Assembly (NCBI GenBank): GCA_022014155.1
Contig: JAKLLS010000003.1
Coordinates: forward strand, 5 to 64,004
Direction of reading: 5' to 3'
Length of the DNA stretch: 64,000 bases
Source: Marinobacter sp.
Lineage (GTDB): Bacteria; Pseudomonadota; Gammaproteobacteria; Pseudomonadales; Oleiphilaceae
The position numbers and the translations under genes are program-made. Positions 42,028-51,271 of this stretch are shown in pieces. The notes under the pieces are model-generated. The model had not been told where the DNA came from, did not search any database, and saw only the letters and a list, made by a program, of their open reading frames with translations. The stretch's first letter is position 1. Each line of letters opens with the position of its first letter.

Positions 42028-42939
42028 TCAGTCCCGTACCCTTTTGAGGATGTCGCTGTAGGCGTCAATGCGTCGATCTCTCAGATACGGCCAAATGCGC
42101 CGTATCGATTCGCTACGGTTACGGTCGATGGTGGCGTGCAGGATGGATTCGGAATGGTCATCCGCTCTCGCCAGGAATTCGCCCTGGGGGCCACAGATAA
42201 AGCTGTTGCCCCAAAAGCGAATGCCTTTGGACTGGCCCGATGGGTCGGGCTCGGTACCAACCCGGTTTGGCGCAATCACGGGAAGGTTGTTGGCGACGGC
42301 GTGGCCCCGTTGTACGGTGACCCAGGCTTCCAGTTGCCGTGCCTGTTCTTCCGCTTCATCGGTGGTGTCCCAGCCAATGGCGGTGGGGTAGATCAGCACT
42401 TCCGCACCGGCGAGGGCCATCAACCGTGCCGCCTCTGGATACCACTGGTCCCAGCACACCAGGACACCGAGCTTGCCAATGGAGGTTTCAATCGGGGTAA
42501 ACCCACTACGGCCATCGTTGAAGCTGGCGTCGCCGGGGGTAAAGTAGAATTTTTCGTAGAATCCGGGGTCATCCGGGATGTGCATTTTGCGATAGATGCC
42601 GGCAATGGAGCCGTCTCGCTCAAATACCACCGCGGTGTTGTGATAGACGCCGTTCATACGTCGTTCAAAGATGGACCCTACCAGCACGATGCCGAGTTCG
42701 GCGGCAAGCTCCGATAGATGGTTGCTGGTAGGCCCTGGGATCGACTCAGCCAGCTCAAACACCGAGGTGTCTTCGGTTTGGCAGAAGTACAGAGTGGCGT
42801 GCAGCTCCTGTAGCACAATCAGTTGTGCGCCTTCGGAGGCCGCCTGCCTGACCAGCTTTTCGCTAGTGGCGAGGCTGATGGCCTTGTCCGGGCTGGAAGT
42901 CTGCTGAATGGCCGCCACGTTCAGTGCGGAGCGAGTCAT
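42028..42939 (-). CDS. aguB: Carbon-nitrogen hydrolase, N-carbamoylputrescine amidase-like
   Basis: LQELH..YFCQ, YRKMHIPDDPGFYEKFYF, VCWDQWYPE (E-K-C triad); overlaps the aguA stop. Confidence 0.8.
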   Translation of the reverse strand: MTRSALNVAAIQQTSSPDKAISLATSEKLVRQAASEGAQLIVLQELHATLYFCQTEDTSVFELAESIPGPTSNHLSELAAELGIVLVGSIFERRMNGVYHNTAVVFERDGSIAGIYRKMHIPDDPGFYEKFYFTPGDASFNDGRSGFTPIETSIGKLGVLVCWDQWYPEAARLMALAGAEVLIYPTAIGWDTTDEAEEQARQLEAWVTVQRGHAVANNLPVIAPNRVGTEPDPSGQSKGIRFWGNSFICGPQGEFLARADDHSESILHATIDRNRSESIRRIWPYLRDRRIDAYSDILKRVRD

Positions 42940-43988
42940 GGGGTTACCACTCCTGCAGGCAGTTGCATGGTGACACAGTGCAGGCTGCCGTGTTGTTGGA
43001 TCAGTTGCCGACAATTGATTGGAACGATCTCTCGCTCCGGGAACAGGCCCTGCATGATGGTAATGGCTTCGTCGTCCTGAGGTACGTCGTAAACAGGCAG
43101 TAGCACGGCGTCGTTGATGATCAGGAAATTGGCATAGGTGGCCGGCAGGCGCTGCCCGTCATCGTCCGCGATGGCATCGGGCCAGGGCAGTGGCGTCAGT
43201 TTGTAGGGAGAACCATCCGCCTGGTGGAAGTGCTGTAACTCTTCTTCCATAGCCGCCAGGGCACTATAATGTTCATCGGCAACGTCCGGGCACGCCACAT
43301 AGCAGATGTGGTCGGGAGCACAGAACCGGGCCAGGGTATCGATGTGACTATCGGTGTCGTCGCCGGCCAGGTAGCCATGGTTCAGCCACAGAACACGATC
43401 TGCCCCCAGGGTTTCGGACAGCAGGTTTTCTATGGCTGCACGATCCACGGTCGGGTTCCTGGTGGGGGTCAGCATGCACTCGCTGGTTGTCAGGATGGTC
43501 CCCTGTCCATCGGATTCGATGGAGCCACCTTCCAGTACGAAATCCACGGGAATTATGGGTGTGGCCCCAAAAACGCCGGCATTGTGGAGGTGTTGATTGA
43601 GGGCGTTGTCTTTCTCCCAGGGGAACTTGCCACCCCAGGCGTTAAACCTGAAATCTAGTATCGCCATGCCGCTCGGCGTTTCCACCGAAATCGGGCCATG
43701 GTCTCTGGCCCAGGTGTCGTTGGCAGGGGCTGGTACTGTAATGACGCGACCTGATAGCCCTTCTTCGCTCGCATAGGCAGATAACTGCTGGCCCAGTTCC
43801 TGCAGGCGGGCGACGTGTTCACAGCTGATCACCAGGTGTTCGTGTTTAAGCACCGCCTTCGCGATCGCCATAAACACGGGTTCCACGTCATCGAGGATAC
43901 TGAACCAGTCGGTACCGGCGTGCGGCCAGGTCAGCATGACCGCACTTTGAGGAGCCCATTCGGCGGGCAACACGCGTCTGGAAGTCAA
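42936..43988 (-). CDS. aguA: Agmatine/peptidylarginine deiminase family protein
   Basis: LPAEW, WPH..TDW, NDTWARDHGP, LEGGSIE, DDTDSHID, ATYANF, GSLHCVTMQ. Confidence 0.85.
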   Translation of the reverse strand: MTSRRVLPAEWAPQSAVMLTWPHAGTDWFSILDDVEPVFMAIAKAVLKHEHLVISCEHVARLQELGQQLSAYASEEGLSGRVITVPAPANDTWARDHGPISVETPSGMAILDFRFNAWGGKFPWEKDNALNQHLHNAGVFGATPIIPVDFVLEGGSIESDGQGTILTTSECMLTPTRNPTVDRAAIENLLSETLGADRVLWLNHGYLAGDDTDSHIDTLARFCAPDHICYVACPDVADEHYSALAAMEEELQHFHQADGSPYKLTPLPWPDAIADDDGQRLPATYANFLIINDAVLLPVYDVPQDDEAITIMQGLFPEREIVPINCRQLIQQHGSLHCVTMQLPAGVVTP

Positions 43989-44076
43989 TTTATCGCCACC
44001 TATTGCAAAAAGTCGCCATTCTAACCAACGAACGACGTTGCGTCAGGATGTATATGAAGGAAATTTGTTCAACCGG

Positions 44077-44382
44077 TTAGCGGTTCCGTTTCAATACTGT
44101 ATGGATAACGTGGTTGCCCTCGAAATAGACGACAAATCCATCGTAATGCCATTGTGAAATGGGTGGATCGCCAACGGGGCCTATGGATTCACGGGGTGTC
44201 CCCCATGAGTCGCGGACACTGGCCTGGCTCATGCCGGTGCGGGGAAGGTCCGCCTCCGACCGTTCAGCCTGTGATCCGACCGGTATCTTTACTTCATCGG
44301 CCGTGACTGGTGTCATCGGGGACAGGCCAATGGCTGCCACGGTTACTACGGCGCCGAGCAGACGGGTTACAGGCTTTTTCAT
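44077..44382 (-). CDS. Small exported hypothetical protein (SmpA/OmlA-like motif)
   Basis: Signal peptide; GMSQASVRDSWGTP...PPISQWHY..FVVYFE. Confidence 0.7.
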   Translation of the reverse strand: MKKPVTRLLGAVVTVAAIGLSPMTPVTADEVKIPVGSQAERSEADLPRTGMSQASVRDSWGTPRESIGPVGDPPISQWHYDGFVVYFEGNHVIHTVLKRNR

Positions 44383-44496
44383 TGGTGTTGTACTCCCTGG
44401 AATCTTGATGCGCTGTTATACAGTAAGACATCTTAAGGACATGGATGAAACGTAATATCCGAAAAACGTTAGCAAAAGTCACACATTTTCGTCAGT

Positions 44497-45099
44497 TTAC
44501 ACGTTTTGACGTTGCCGGATTTGCCAGCGCATCACATGTCGGGCAATTTGTTGGCGGTCACCGTCATGTATATCGGTAAACTCGGTGTGAACACTGGCGC
44601 CACCGCTTTCATCGGGCACTGTGTGAAGTACCCGGGCGATGGCCCTTGGTTGAAACAGTTCGGGAGGCAGCGTCATCCTTACTGCCAGAATATCACCTCC
44701 AGACCAGTCGTTCGTGGCGCTGTGAAAGGCCAATCCACCTTCGCTGAGCGTAACATCCTGCCAGTCCTCAGGTTGCAACGGATTTTGCTCAAAGGCCATA
44801 ATGCGCGCCAGCGTATCCAGCTTCCCGTTCAGTGACTTGATCAGTGAGGTCAGCAGGCGGTCCCGCTCCGCGAGATTGGCCAGTTGAATCCGGACATCCT
44901 GGTCCAGTCGCTTCAGTTCGGCACGAAGGGCGTCCAGATGATCGCCATTGAAAGGATCGTATCCTTCTTCGGCGTTTTGCGGAACCTTGCGGATCTCCAG
45001 GCCAATGCGGTCTTCGATCCGGAAAAAATCCCGGCGGTCCGAAGCAGTCTCTGGCGGAGAGGTATGTGGAGAGGTGTTGGGTGTTCGTGACGGCATCAC
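44497..45099 (-). CDS. PilZ domain protein
   Basis: RRDFFRI (RxxxR) and TLSEGG (variant of D/NxSxxG); divergent from lolC as in Pseudomonas. Confidence 0.8.
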   Translation of the reverse strand: MMPSRTPNTSPHTSPPETASDRRDFFRIEDRIGLEIRKVPQNAEEGYDPFNGDHLDALRAELKRLDQDVRIQLANLAERDRLLTSLIKSLNGKLDTLARIMAFEQNPLQPEDWQDVTLSEGGLAFHSATNDWSGGDILAVRMTLPPELFQPRAIARVLHTVPDESGGASVHTEFTDIHDGDRQQIARHVMRWQIRQRQNV

Positions 45100-45209
45100 G
45101 GCTCCGTAAGCACAGCAATTTTTTGTTTATGTTGAAAAGTTTAGCAGTTTCCAGGCAGTCGTGTGTCCGGAAATCCGAATGACCCGAAGGTAGCAACAGG
45201 CACCTCCTC

Positions 45210-46451
45210 ATGTTCAGACCTTTATCGTTGTATGTTGGTTTGCGATACACCGCGGCAAAGCGGCGCAATCACTTTATTTCCTTTATCTCACTCACCTCGA
45301 TGATCGGGCTGATGCTCGGTGTTGCGGTGTTGATTATTGTCCTCTCGGTGATGAACGGTTTCGACCGTGAGCTGAAGCAGCGCATCCTTGGCATGGTCCC
45401 CCACGCGGTTATCCAGGGGGCGGATCAGCTCCGGGACTGGGAAGCCGTCGACGCGAAGGTCGAGGAGCACCCGCGGGTGCTTGCCGCAGCTCCTTTCATT
45501 CAGGGCCAGGGCATGGTTACTGGTGGCGGTGATGTCAGGGGTGTGATGCTCAACGGTGTGTTGCCGGAACAGGAGCGCAGTGTATCCATCATTGAGAACC
45601 ATATGCTTGAAGGCAGCCTGGATGACCTGAAATCCGGTGAGTTTGGCATGATTGTCGGTCGGCTGATGGCATCCAGTCTGCGACTGCAGATCGGTGACAA
45701 GGTCACCGTTGTGCTGCCGGAGGCTTCCGTCACGCCGGCAGGTGTGTTGCCCAGGCTCAAGCGGTTTACGGTCAAGGGGATCTTCAGCGTTGGCGCCGAG
45801 CTTGATGGAAACTACACGCTGATTCATATGGATGATGCGGCGAAACTGATGCGAACCGGCGGCCAGGCTCAGGGGGTGAGGCTGCTGGTGGATGATCTGT
45901 TCGCGGCTCCGAAAGTCGCAGAGCAGGCGGCCCGTGGGTTGGATGGCCGCTACTATATTTCCGACTGGACCCGAACCCATGGCAATCTGTTCCAGGCTAT
46001 TCGCATGGAAAAGACCATGATCGGGCTGTTGCTAATGTTTATCGTGGCGGTGGCCGCTTTCAACATCGTATCGACGCTGGTGATGGTGGTGACCGACAAA
46101 ACTGCGGATATCGCCATCTTGCGTACCATGGGGGCAACGCCGGGGCGCATCATGCGGATCTTTATCATTCAAGGTGGCGTAATAGGTATCTTTGGCACGC
46201 TGGTTGGTACCACACTCGGCGTTGTCGGGGCGTTGAATATCAGCGCCTTCATATCCTGGCTCGAGGCAGCCCTTGGCCATCAGTTCCTTAGTGCCGACGT
46301 GTACTTCATCAGTTATCTGCCATCGCAGTTGCAATGGCAGGATGTGGCAATTATCAGCGGCGCTGGTCTGGCGATGAGCCTGCTGGCGACCATTTATCCC
46401 GCCTGGCGGGCATCACGAATCGATCCGGCGGAGGCCCTGCGTTATGAATGA
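45210..46451 (+). CDS. lolC: Lipoprotein-releasing ABC transporter permease LolC/E
   Basis: FISFIS, LSVMNGF, AFNIVSTLVMVV.DK..DIAILRTMG, YPAWRA...PAEALRYE. Confidence 0.9.
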   Translation: MFRPLSLYVGLRYTAAKRRNHFISFISLTSMIGLMLGVAVLIIVLSVMNGFDRELKQRILGMVPHAVIQGADQLRDWEAVDAKVEEHPRVLAAAPFIQGQGMVTGGGDVRGVMLNGVLPEQERSVSIIENHMLEGSLDDLKSGEFGMIVGRLMASSLRLQIGDKVTVVLPEASVTPAGVLPRLKRFTVKGIFSVGAELDGNYTLIHMDDAAKLMRTGGQAQGVRLLVDDLFAAPKVAEQAARGLDGRYYISDWTRTHGNLFQAIRMEKTMIGLLLMFIVAVAAFNIVSTLVMVVTDKTADIAILRTMGATPGRIMRIFIIQGGVIGIFGTLVGTTLGVVGALNISAFISWLEAALGHQFLSADVYFISYLPSQLQWQDVAIISGAGLAMSLLATIYPAWRASRIDPAEALRYE

Positions 46452-47136
46452 TGTGATTGACTGCCAGCAGGTGACTCGTACCTATAACGAAGGGCCGGAA
46501 AAACTCACTATATTTTCCGATATTTCACTGCAGGTGGCGGCCGGCGAGACGGTCGCGATTGTAGGCAGTAGTGGTGCAGGGAAAACCACATTACTGAACC
46601 TGCTCGGTGGACTTGATCGGCCGTCATCCGGTCATATTTCCATCTGTGATCAGGATATTCACCGCATGAGTGAGGCAGGCCGGGCACGGTTTCGTAACCG
46701 GCACCTGGGGTTTGTCTACCAGTTCCATCACTTGCTCCCCGAATTCACCGCCCTCGAGAACGTGATGATGCCCTGTGCACTGGGTGGGATGAGCGTAAAG
46801 GCAGCCGAGGAAAAGGCCAGCGCTGTGCTTGCTAAAGTAGGCTTGAGTGAACGACTCAGCCACAAGCCGGGAGAGCTCTCAGGCGGTGAGCGCCAGCGGG
46901 TGGCGATTGCCAGGGCACTGGTGAACGAGCCGGAATGCGTCCTGATGGATGAGCCCACCGGGAATCTGGATGAGCATACTGGCGAGGGTGTACGTCAATT
47001 GATTGAGTCCCTGCGGGACCAGCTGGGGATTGCGTTCGTAATGGTGACCCATGACATGAACATGGCGCGGAGTCTCGGGCGGGTATTACGTCTGGAGCAG
47101 GGGCGGCTACTTGTCGAACACAACGCTGACAGTTAG
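46444..47136 (+). CDS. lolD: Lipoprotein-releasing ABC transporter ATPase LolD
   Basis: GSSGAGKT, GFVYQFHHLLPEF, LSGGERQR, MDEPTGNLD. Confidence 0.95.
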   Translation: MNDVIDCQQVTRTYNEGPEKLTIFSDISLQVAAGETVAIVGSSGAGKTTLLNLLGGLDRPSSGHISICDQDIHRMSEAGRARFRNRHLGFVYQFHHLLPEFTALENVMMPCALGGMSVKAAEEKASAVLAKVGLSERLSHKPGELSGGERQRVAIARALVNEPECVLMDEPTGNLDEHTGEGVRQLIESLRDQLGIAFVMVTHDMNMARSLGRVLRLEQGRLLVEHNADS

Positions 47137-47657
47137 CGCTTGCGGCGGCGCAGGAAGCGCCGCTCCTGCCAGTCAGAGCGTACCTTGCGGCGCCACAGGT
47201 ACTGAATCAACAGATAGGAGAGGCAGGCGGACAGGGTGGCAATGATCAGTGAGCCCAGGTAGAGCGGAATGCCAATGTCCAGAATCCGTTCACTGATCCA
47301 GGACCAGGATACCTGGATCTCGAAATTGAGCACCGGTCGGTCCAGAATCCAGGCGCCGATCTTGTAGTTGAAGTAGAACATCGGGGGCATGGTCAGCGGG
47401 TTACTGATCCAGACCAGCACCACGGACAGGGGCAGGTTGGCATTGAACCAGATAGCAAAGAATGCAGCAGCCAGCATCTGGAATGGCATAGGGATAAAGC
47501 CCAGGAAAATGCCTACCAGAAAGGCGCGGGAAACGCTGTGACGGTTTATGTGCCAAAGGTTAGGTTCATGAAGGATGTCGCCGAGAAATCGCAGCGACTC
47601 CATCGCCCTGACTCGATCGGGCGTTGGTAGGTATCGTTTCATGAACTTCTTTGGCAT
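47133..47657 (-). CDS. DUF2062 family membrane protein
   Basis: LWHINRHSVSRAF..G.F..FIPMPFQ, ANLP, WISNPLT. Confidence 0.85.
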   Translation of the reverse strand: MPKKFMKRYLPTPDRVRAMESLRFLGDILHEPNLWHINRHSVSRAFLVGIFLGFIPMPFQMLAAAFFAIWFNANLPLSVVLVWISNPLTMPPMFYFNYKIGAWILDRPVLNFEIQVSWSWISERILDIGIPLYLGSLIIATLSACLSYLLIQYLWRRKVRSDWQERRFLRRRKR

Positions 47658-47737
47658 CTGGAAGTTCTGCCTGCTCAGAATGACGGCCCGGGACACAATG
47701 TCTTGCCGGAGCTTGGGAAAAATCAGGAGGACATGGA

Positions 47738-50131
47738 TTGTCCGGAAGTCTTGTCGCTTTTGCCTGCGGCGTTATCTTACTTTATACCTTCCCGGTCGTG
47801 CCACCTCTGAAGTGGCTGATTGTTGCCCTGCTGTCAGTACTTTATGGGGCTTTTGCATTGCGCTCGCGACGGTTTTACACCGTGGCCCTGTTTCTCGCCT
47901 GGCTGCTGGCAGGTCTGATCTGGTCGTCCTGGCATGCATCCGAACGCCTGCAGCATACTCTGCCGCCTGAACTGGAAGGCCAGGAGGTCGACGTTTCGGG
48001 TTATCTGTGTGAAATTCCCACTGAGGGAAGTTTTAACAGTCTGAGATTCAGTTTTTGTGTCACTCAGTGGCACCTTCCTGAAGGTTTCACTGAAAAAGGG
48101 GCCATGTTCCCGCGCAAGATACGGCTGGCATGGTATGGCCGTGATGGGCAATCCCTTCCGGGACACCGGCTCAGACTGAAGGTTTCGCTCAAGCAACCGC
48201 ATGGAGCAATCAATCCCACCGGGTTCCGTTACGAAACCTGGCTGTACCGCAAAGGATTCCGGGGGACGGGAACCATCCGGGAAGTCGATTTCGATGATTC
48301 GGTACCATGTAACCTGCATTGCGACTATATGGTCTGGCGCCAACAATTGGCGGATGGCGTGAATGCCGCCATGGGCGAAGCCAGACACTACCCGTTGGTC
48401 TCTTCTTTGCTCATTGGGTATCGGGGTGAAATGGCGCCTGACCAGTGGGACGTTCTGAAGGCGACCGGTACCATCCACTTAGTGGCCATCTCCGGCCTGC
48501 ATATTGGGTTGATCGCCCTTGGCGCGGGGTTTGTGGTCCGCAGGCTGCTTCTCTGGTTGCAGGGATCCTTCCCCTCTCCGCGTCACGGGCGTTACCTGGT
48601 CTATGTGTCTGTTGCCCTGGCTAGCATCGCCTACAGTCTTGCCGCCGGCTTCACGGTTCCGACACGCCGGGCATTGGTAATGGTGTTGGTTGCCGGCTGG
48701 GTGGTGATTCATGGCCGTCAGGTATCACCCTGGCAAGGACTGATGCTGGCCCTGTTTCTGGTGCTTCTGGCGGATCCGTTTTCCCCGCTTGATCAGGGTT
48801 TCTGGTTATCCTTCGGTGCTGTCACCGTGCTGGTGTTGGTGTTTTCCCGGCGTTTGTCCTCCCCGGGCTGGGGCGGGGCCCTGATGCTTGCGCAAGTTGC
48901 GGTGTTTGCCGGTCTATGGCCGGTACTCGCCGTACTGGGGCAGGGGCAGCCTGTCTCGGGGCTGCTGGCCAATGTGTTCGCCATTCCCTGGGTGTCTGTC
49001 GTTGTGATGCCGGTCTTGATGATCGGAGCTGCGCTGATATGGCTGCTGCCGCAGAGTCAGGCGTGGGTTCTGGACTGTTATGACCTGGTGCTCGGAGTAT
49101 TGTGGAGCGTGTTGGAATGGCTGTCCTGCCTGGATCTGCCAGATAGCAATCCCGGTGTTGCCACAACACTGGGGGTTGCTGTGGTGGCCATCCTTGCCCT
49201 TATTGTCCCATCGTTGCGGATTCGTCTGGTGGTCACCATCGTAATGGTGTCCTGGTTGTTGGTATCCCTGCTTGTGGAGCGGGATGATAACCCCTGGGTG
49301 GAGACGCCGGAGGTTTGGGTGTGGGATGTTGGTCAGGGACTGTCGCTGCTTGTTCGTCATCAGGATCAGGTATTGTTGTACGACACCGGGCCATCTATTC
49401 CCGGCGTTTTTTCCGCTGTTGAATCGGTTCTCATTCCCAATTTATCGGATCTGGGCGTAGGCACCATCAATACGTTGGTGATCAGCCATGGCGACAGTGA
49501 CCATGCAGGGGGATTACCCCTGTTGTTCGCTACCTTGCCGGTGTCGGAGCTGATTGTCGGGGAGCCGGGACGTACAGCTGAGCGCTCGGGTGAGGGTGGG
49601 CCGGTGCCCGAGCTTTGTCGCCCGGAGCTGGTCCGGTACATCGGGGAGCTGACTGTGGGCTTTTGGCGGGATCCTGAAGCGACGACAGCCTCGGATTCAA
49701 ACGATACGTCCTGCGTGGTGACCGTCACCAGTTCGGACGGAGCCATCCAGATAGTGTTGCCCGGAGATATCTCGAAACAGGTGGAGTTCCGCATGCCAGA
49801 TCAACCCCTGCTTTCCGACTGGGCATCCGAAGATGCCTTCCGGATTGTCCTGGCGCCTCATCACGGCAGCAAAACCTCATCTTCCCTTTCCTGGGTAGAG
49901 TGGCTCCATCCGGACCTGGTGATATACAGCGCAGGGTATCGGCACCGCTTCGGGCATCCGCACCCATCGGTCGTTGAGCGCTACCGGGTGGTAGGCAGTC
50001 TGCAGCTGAATACCGCCTATTCTGGTGCAATCCGGTTGGTGATAGACAAAAAAGGCCTCGGGGTGGAGCAGCAACGGCAGTCAGCACCGTTCTGGATTCG
50101 GCGGCCTGTAACGGATTGGTGGGCTTTGTAA
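47738..50131 (+). CDS. comEC: DNA internalization competence protein ComEC/Rec2
   Basis: TGTIHLVAISGLH, GFWLSF, DVGQG, YDTG, SHGDSDHAGG, PHHGSKTSS, RFGHPH. Confidence 0.92.
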   Translation: MSGSLVAFACGVILLYTFPVVPPLKWLIVALLSVLYGAFALRSRRFYTVALFLAWLLAGLIWSSWHASERLQHTLPPELEGQEVDVSGYLCEIPTEGSFNSLRFSFCVTQWHLPEGFTEKGAMFPRKIRLAWYGRDGQSLPGHRLRLKVSLKQPHGAINPTGFRYETWLYRKGFRGTGTIREVDFDDSVPCNLHCDYMVWRQQLADGVNAAMGEARHYPLVSSLLIGYRGEMAPDQWDVLKATGTIHLVAISGLHIGLIALGAGFVVRRLLLWLQGSFPSPRHGRYLVYVSVALASIAYSLAAGFTVPTRRALVMVLVAGWVVIHGRQVSPWQGLMLALFLVLLADPFSPLDQGFWLSFGAVTVLVLVFSRRLSSPGWGGALMLAQVAVFAGLWPVLAVLGQGQPVSGLLANVFAIPWVSVVVMPVLMIGAALIWLLPQSQAWVLDCYDLVLGVLWSVLEWLSCLDLPDSNPGVATTLGVAVVAILALIVPSLRIRLVVTIVMVSWLLVSLLVERDDNPWVETPEVWVWDVGQGLSLLVRHQDQVLLYDTGPSIPGVFSAVESVLIPNLSDLGVGTINTLVISHGDSDHAGGLPLLFATLPVSELIVGEPGRTAERSGEGGPVPELCRPELVRYIGELTVGFWRDPEATTASDSNDTSCVVTVTSSDGAIQIVLPGDISKQVEFRMPDQPLLSDWASEDAFRIVLAPHHGSKTSSSLSWVEWLHPDLVIYSAGYRHRFGHPHPSVVERYRVVGSLQLNTAYSGAIRLVIDKKGLGVEQQRQSAPFWIRRPVTDWWAL

Positions 50132-50213
50132 AATACCGTGACACAACGGGTGTGGCCTGCGGCGGCAGCTATGCTAAAGTAGCGCGGCTTGTTAACAATC
50201 AGGGAGACCAAGC

Positions 50214-50840
50214 GTGTTCGAGCTGTTGAAAGCCGGTGGCATTCTGATGGTGCCAATTGTAGCCTGTTCCATCCTGGCACTTGCCATAATCCTTGAACGT
50301 TTCTGGACGTTGCGGCCCTCGAGGGTGGCGCCCGCCCAGACCATTAACGAACTCTGGCGCTGGATCAAGAAAAAAGAGCTGAATGGCCGCAAGCTGAAGG
50401 CGCTGCAGGGGTCGTCTCCCCTTGGCCGGATTCTCGCTGGCGGGCTGATGAATGCGAAACATGGCCGCGAGATCATGAAGGAAAGCATTGAGCATGAGGC
50501 CAGCCAGGTTATCCATGACCTCGAACGTTTCCTCAATCCCCTCGGTACCGTAGCCACCATTACGCCATTGCTCGGTCTTCTGGGCACAGTGATCGGGATG
50601 ATCAAGGTATTTGCCGAAATTCAGTTGGCCGGTGTCGGTAACGCTGGCAATCTGGCCGGCGGTATCTCAGAGGCGTTGATTACCACCGCGGCAGGGCTGA
50701 GTGTTGCCATTCCGGCGCTGATTGGCCACCGATATTTCATTCGTCGCGTTGATGAGTTGGTGGTGGGCATGGAGCAGGAAGCCATCAAGCTGGTGGAAGT
50801 GGTCCATGGTGACCGTGAAATCGACGTGGAAGGAGCCTGA
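50214..50840 (+). CDS. exbB: MotA/TolQ/ExbB proton channel protein
   Basis: PLLGLLGTVIGMI, GISEALITTAAGL.VAIP. Confidence 0.85.
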   Translation: MFELLKAGGILMVPIVACSILALAIILERFWTLRPSRVAPAQTINELWRWIKKKELNGRKLKALQGSSPLGRILAGGLMNAKHGREIMKESIEHEASQVIHDLERFLNPLGTVATITPLLGLLGTVIGMIKVFAEIQLAGVGNAGNLAGGISEALITTAAGLSVAIPALIGHRYFIRRVDELVVGMEQEAIKLVEVVHGDREIDVEGA

Positions 50841-50845
50841 ACGCC

Positions 50846-51271
50846 GTGAAGTTCAAGCGCCAGAGAAGCCAGGAGGTCGGAGTAGACCTGACGCCGCTGA
50901 TTGACGTGGTGTTCCTGCTGCTGATCTTCTTTATGGTCTCCACGACCTTCACCCGTGAGAGCCACCTTCAGGTGGAACTGCCCCAGGCGAGCGCGGAAGC
51001 ACGTGCGGAGACTGAGGTGCGGGAGATTGATGTGGTGATCAACGCCGAGGGCCAGTACATTCTCAACGACCGAACCCTGGTCAATAATCGCCGGGAGACC
51101 CTGGAGCGGGCAGTGCGGGAACTCTCGGAAGGGGATAGCTCGTTGCCCTATGTGATCACGGCAGATGCCCGGACACCCCATGAGTTTGTAGTCAGGGCTA
51201 TGGATGTGGCCGGTCGTCTGGGATTCGCAAAACTGAGCATTACCACTGAGCGGGAGGCTGACGGGCAGTGA
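50846..51271 (+). CDS. exbD: ExbD/TolR family protein
   Basis: DLTPLIDVVFLLLIFFMV. Confidence 0.87.
   Translation: MKFKRQRSQEVGVDLTPLIDVVFLLLIFFMVSTTFTRESHLQVELPQASAEARAETEVREIDVVINAEGQYILNDRTLVNNRRETLERAVRELSEGDSSLPYVITADARTPHEFVVRAMDVAGRLGFAKLSITTEREADGQ

Noticed and set aside
50214-51271. exbBD without tonB as a novel system
   Set aside because: The comEC-exbB-exbD-(msbA)-lpxK-kdsB arrangement is common in gammaproteobacteria
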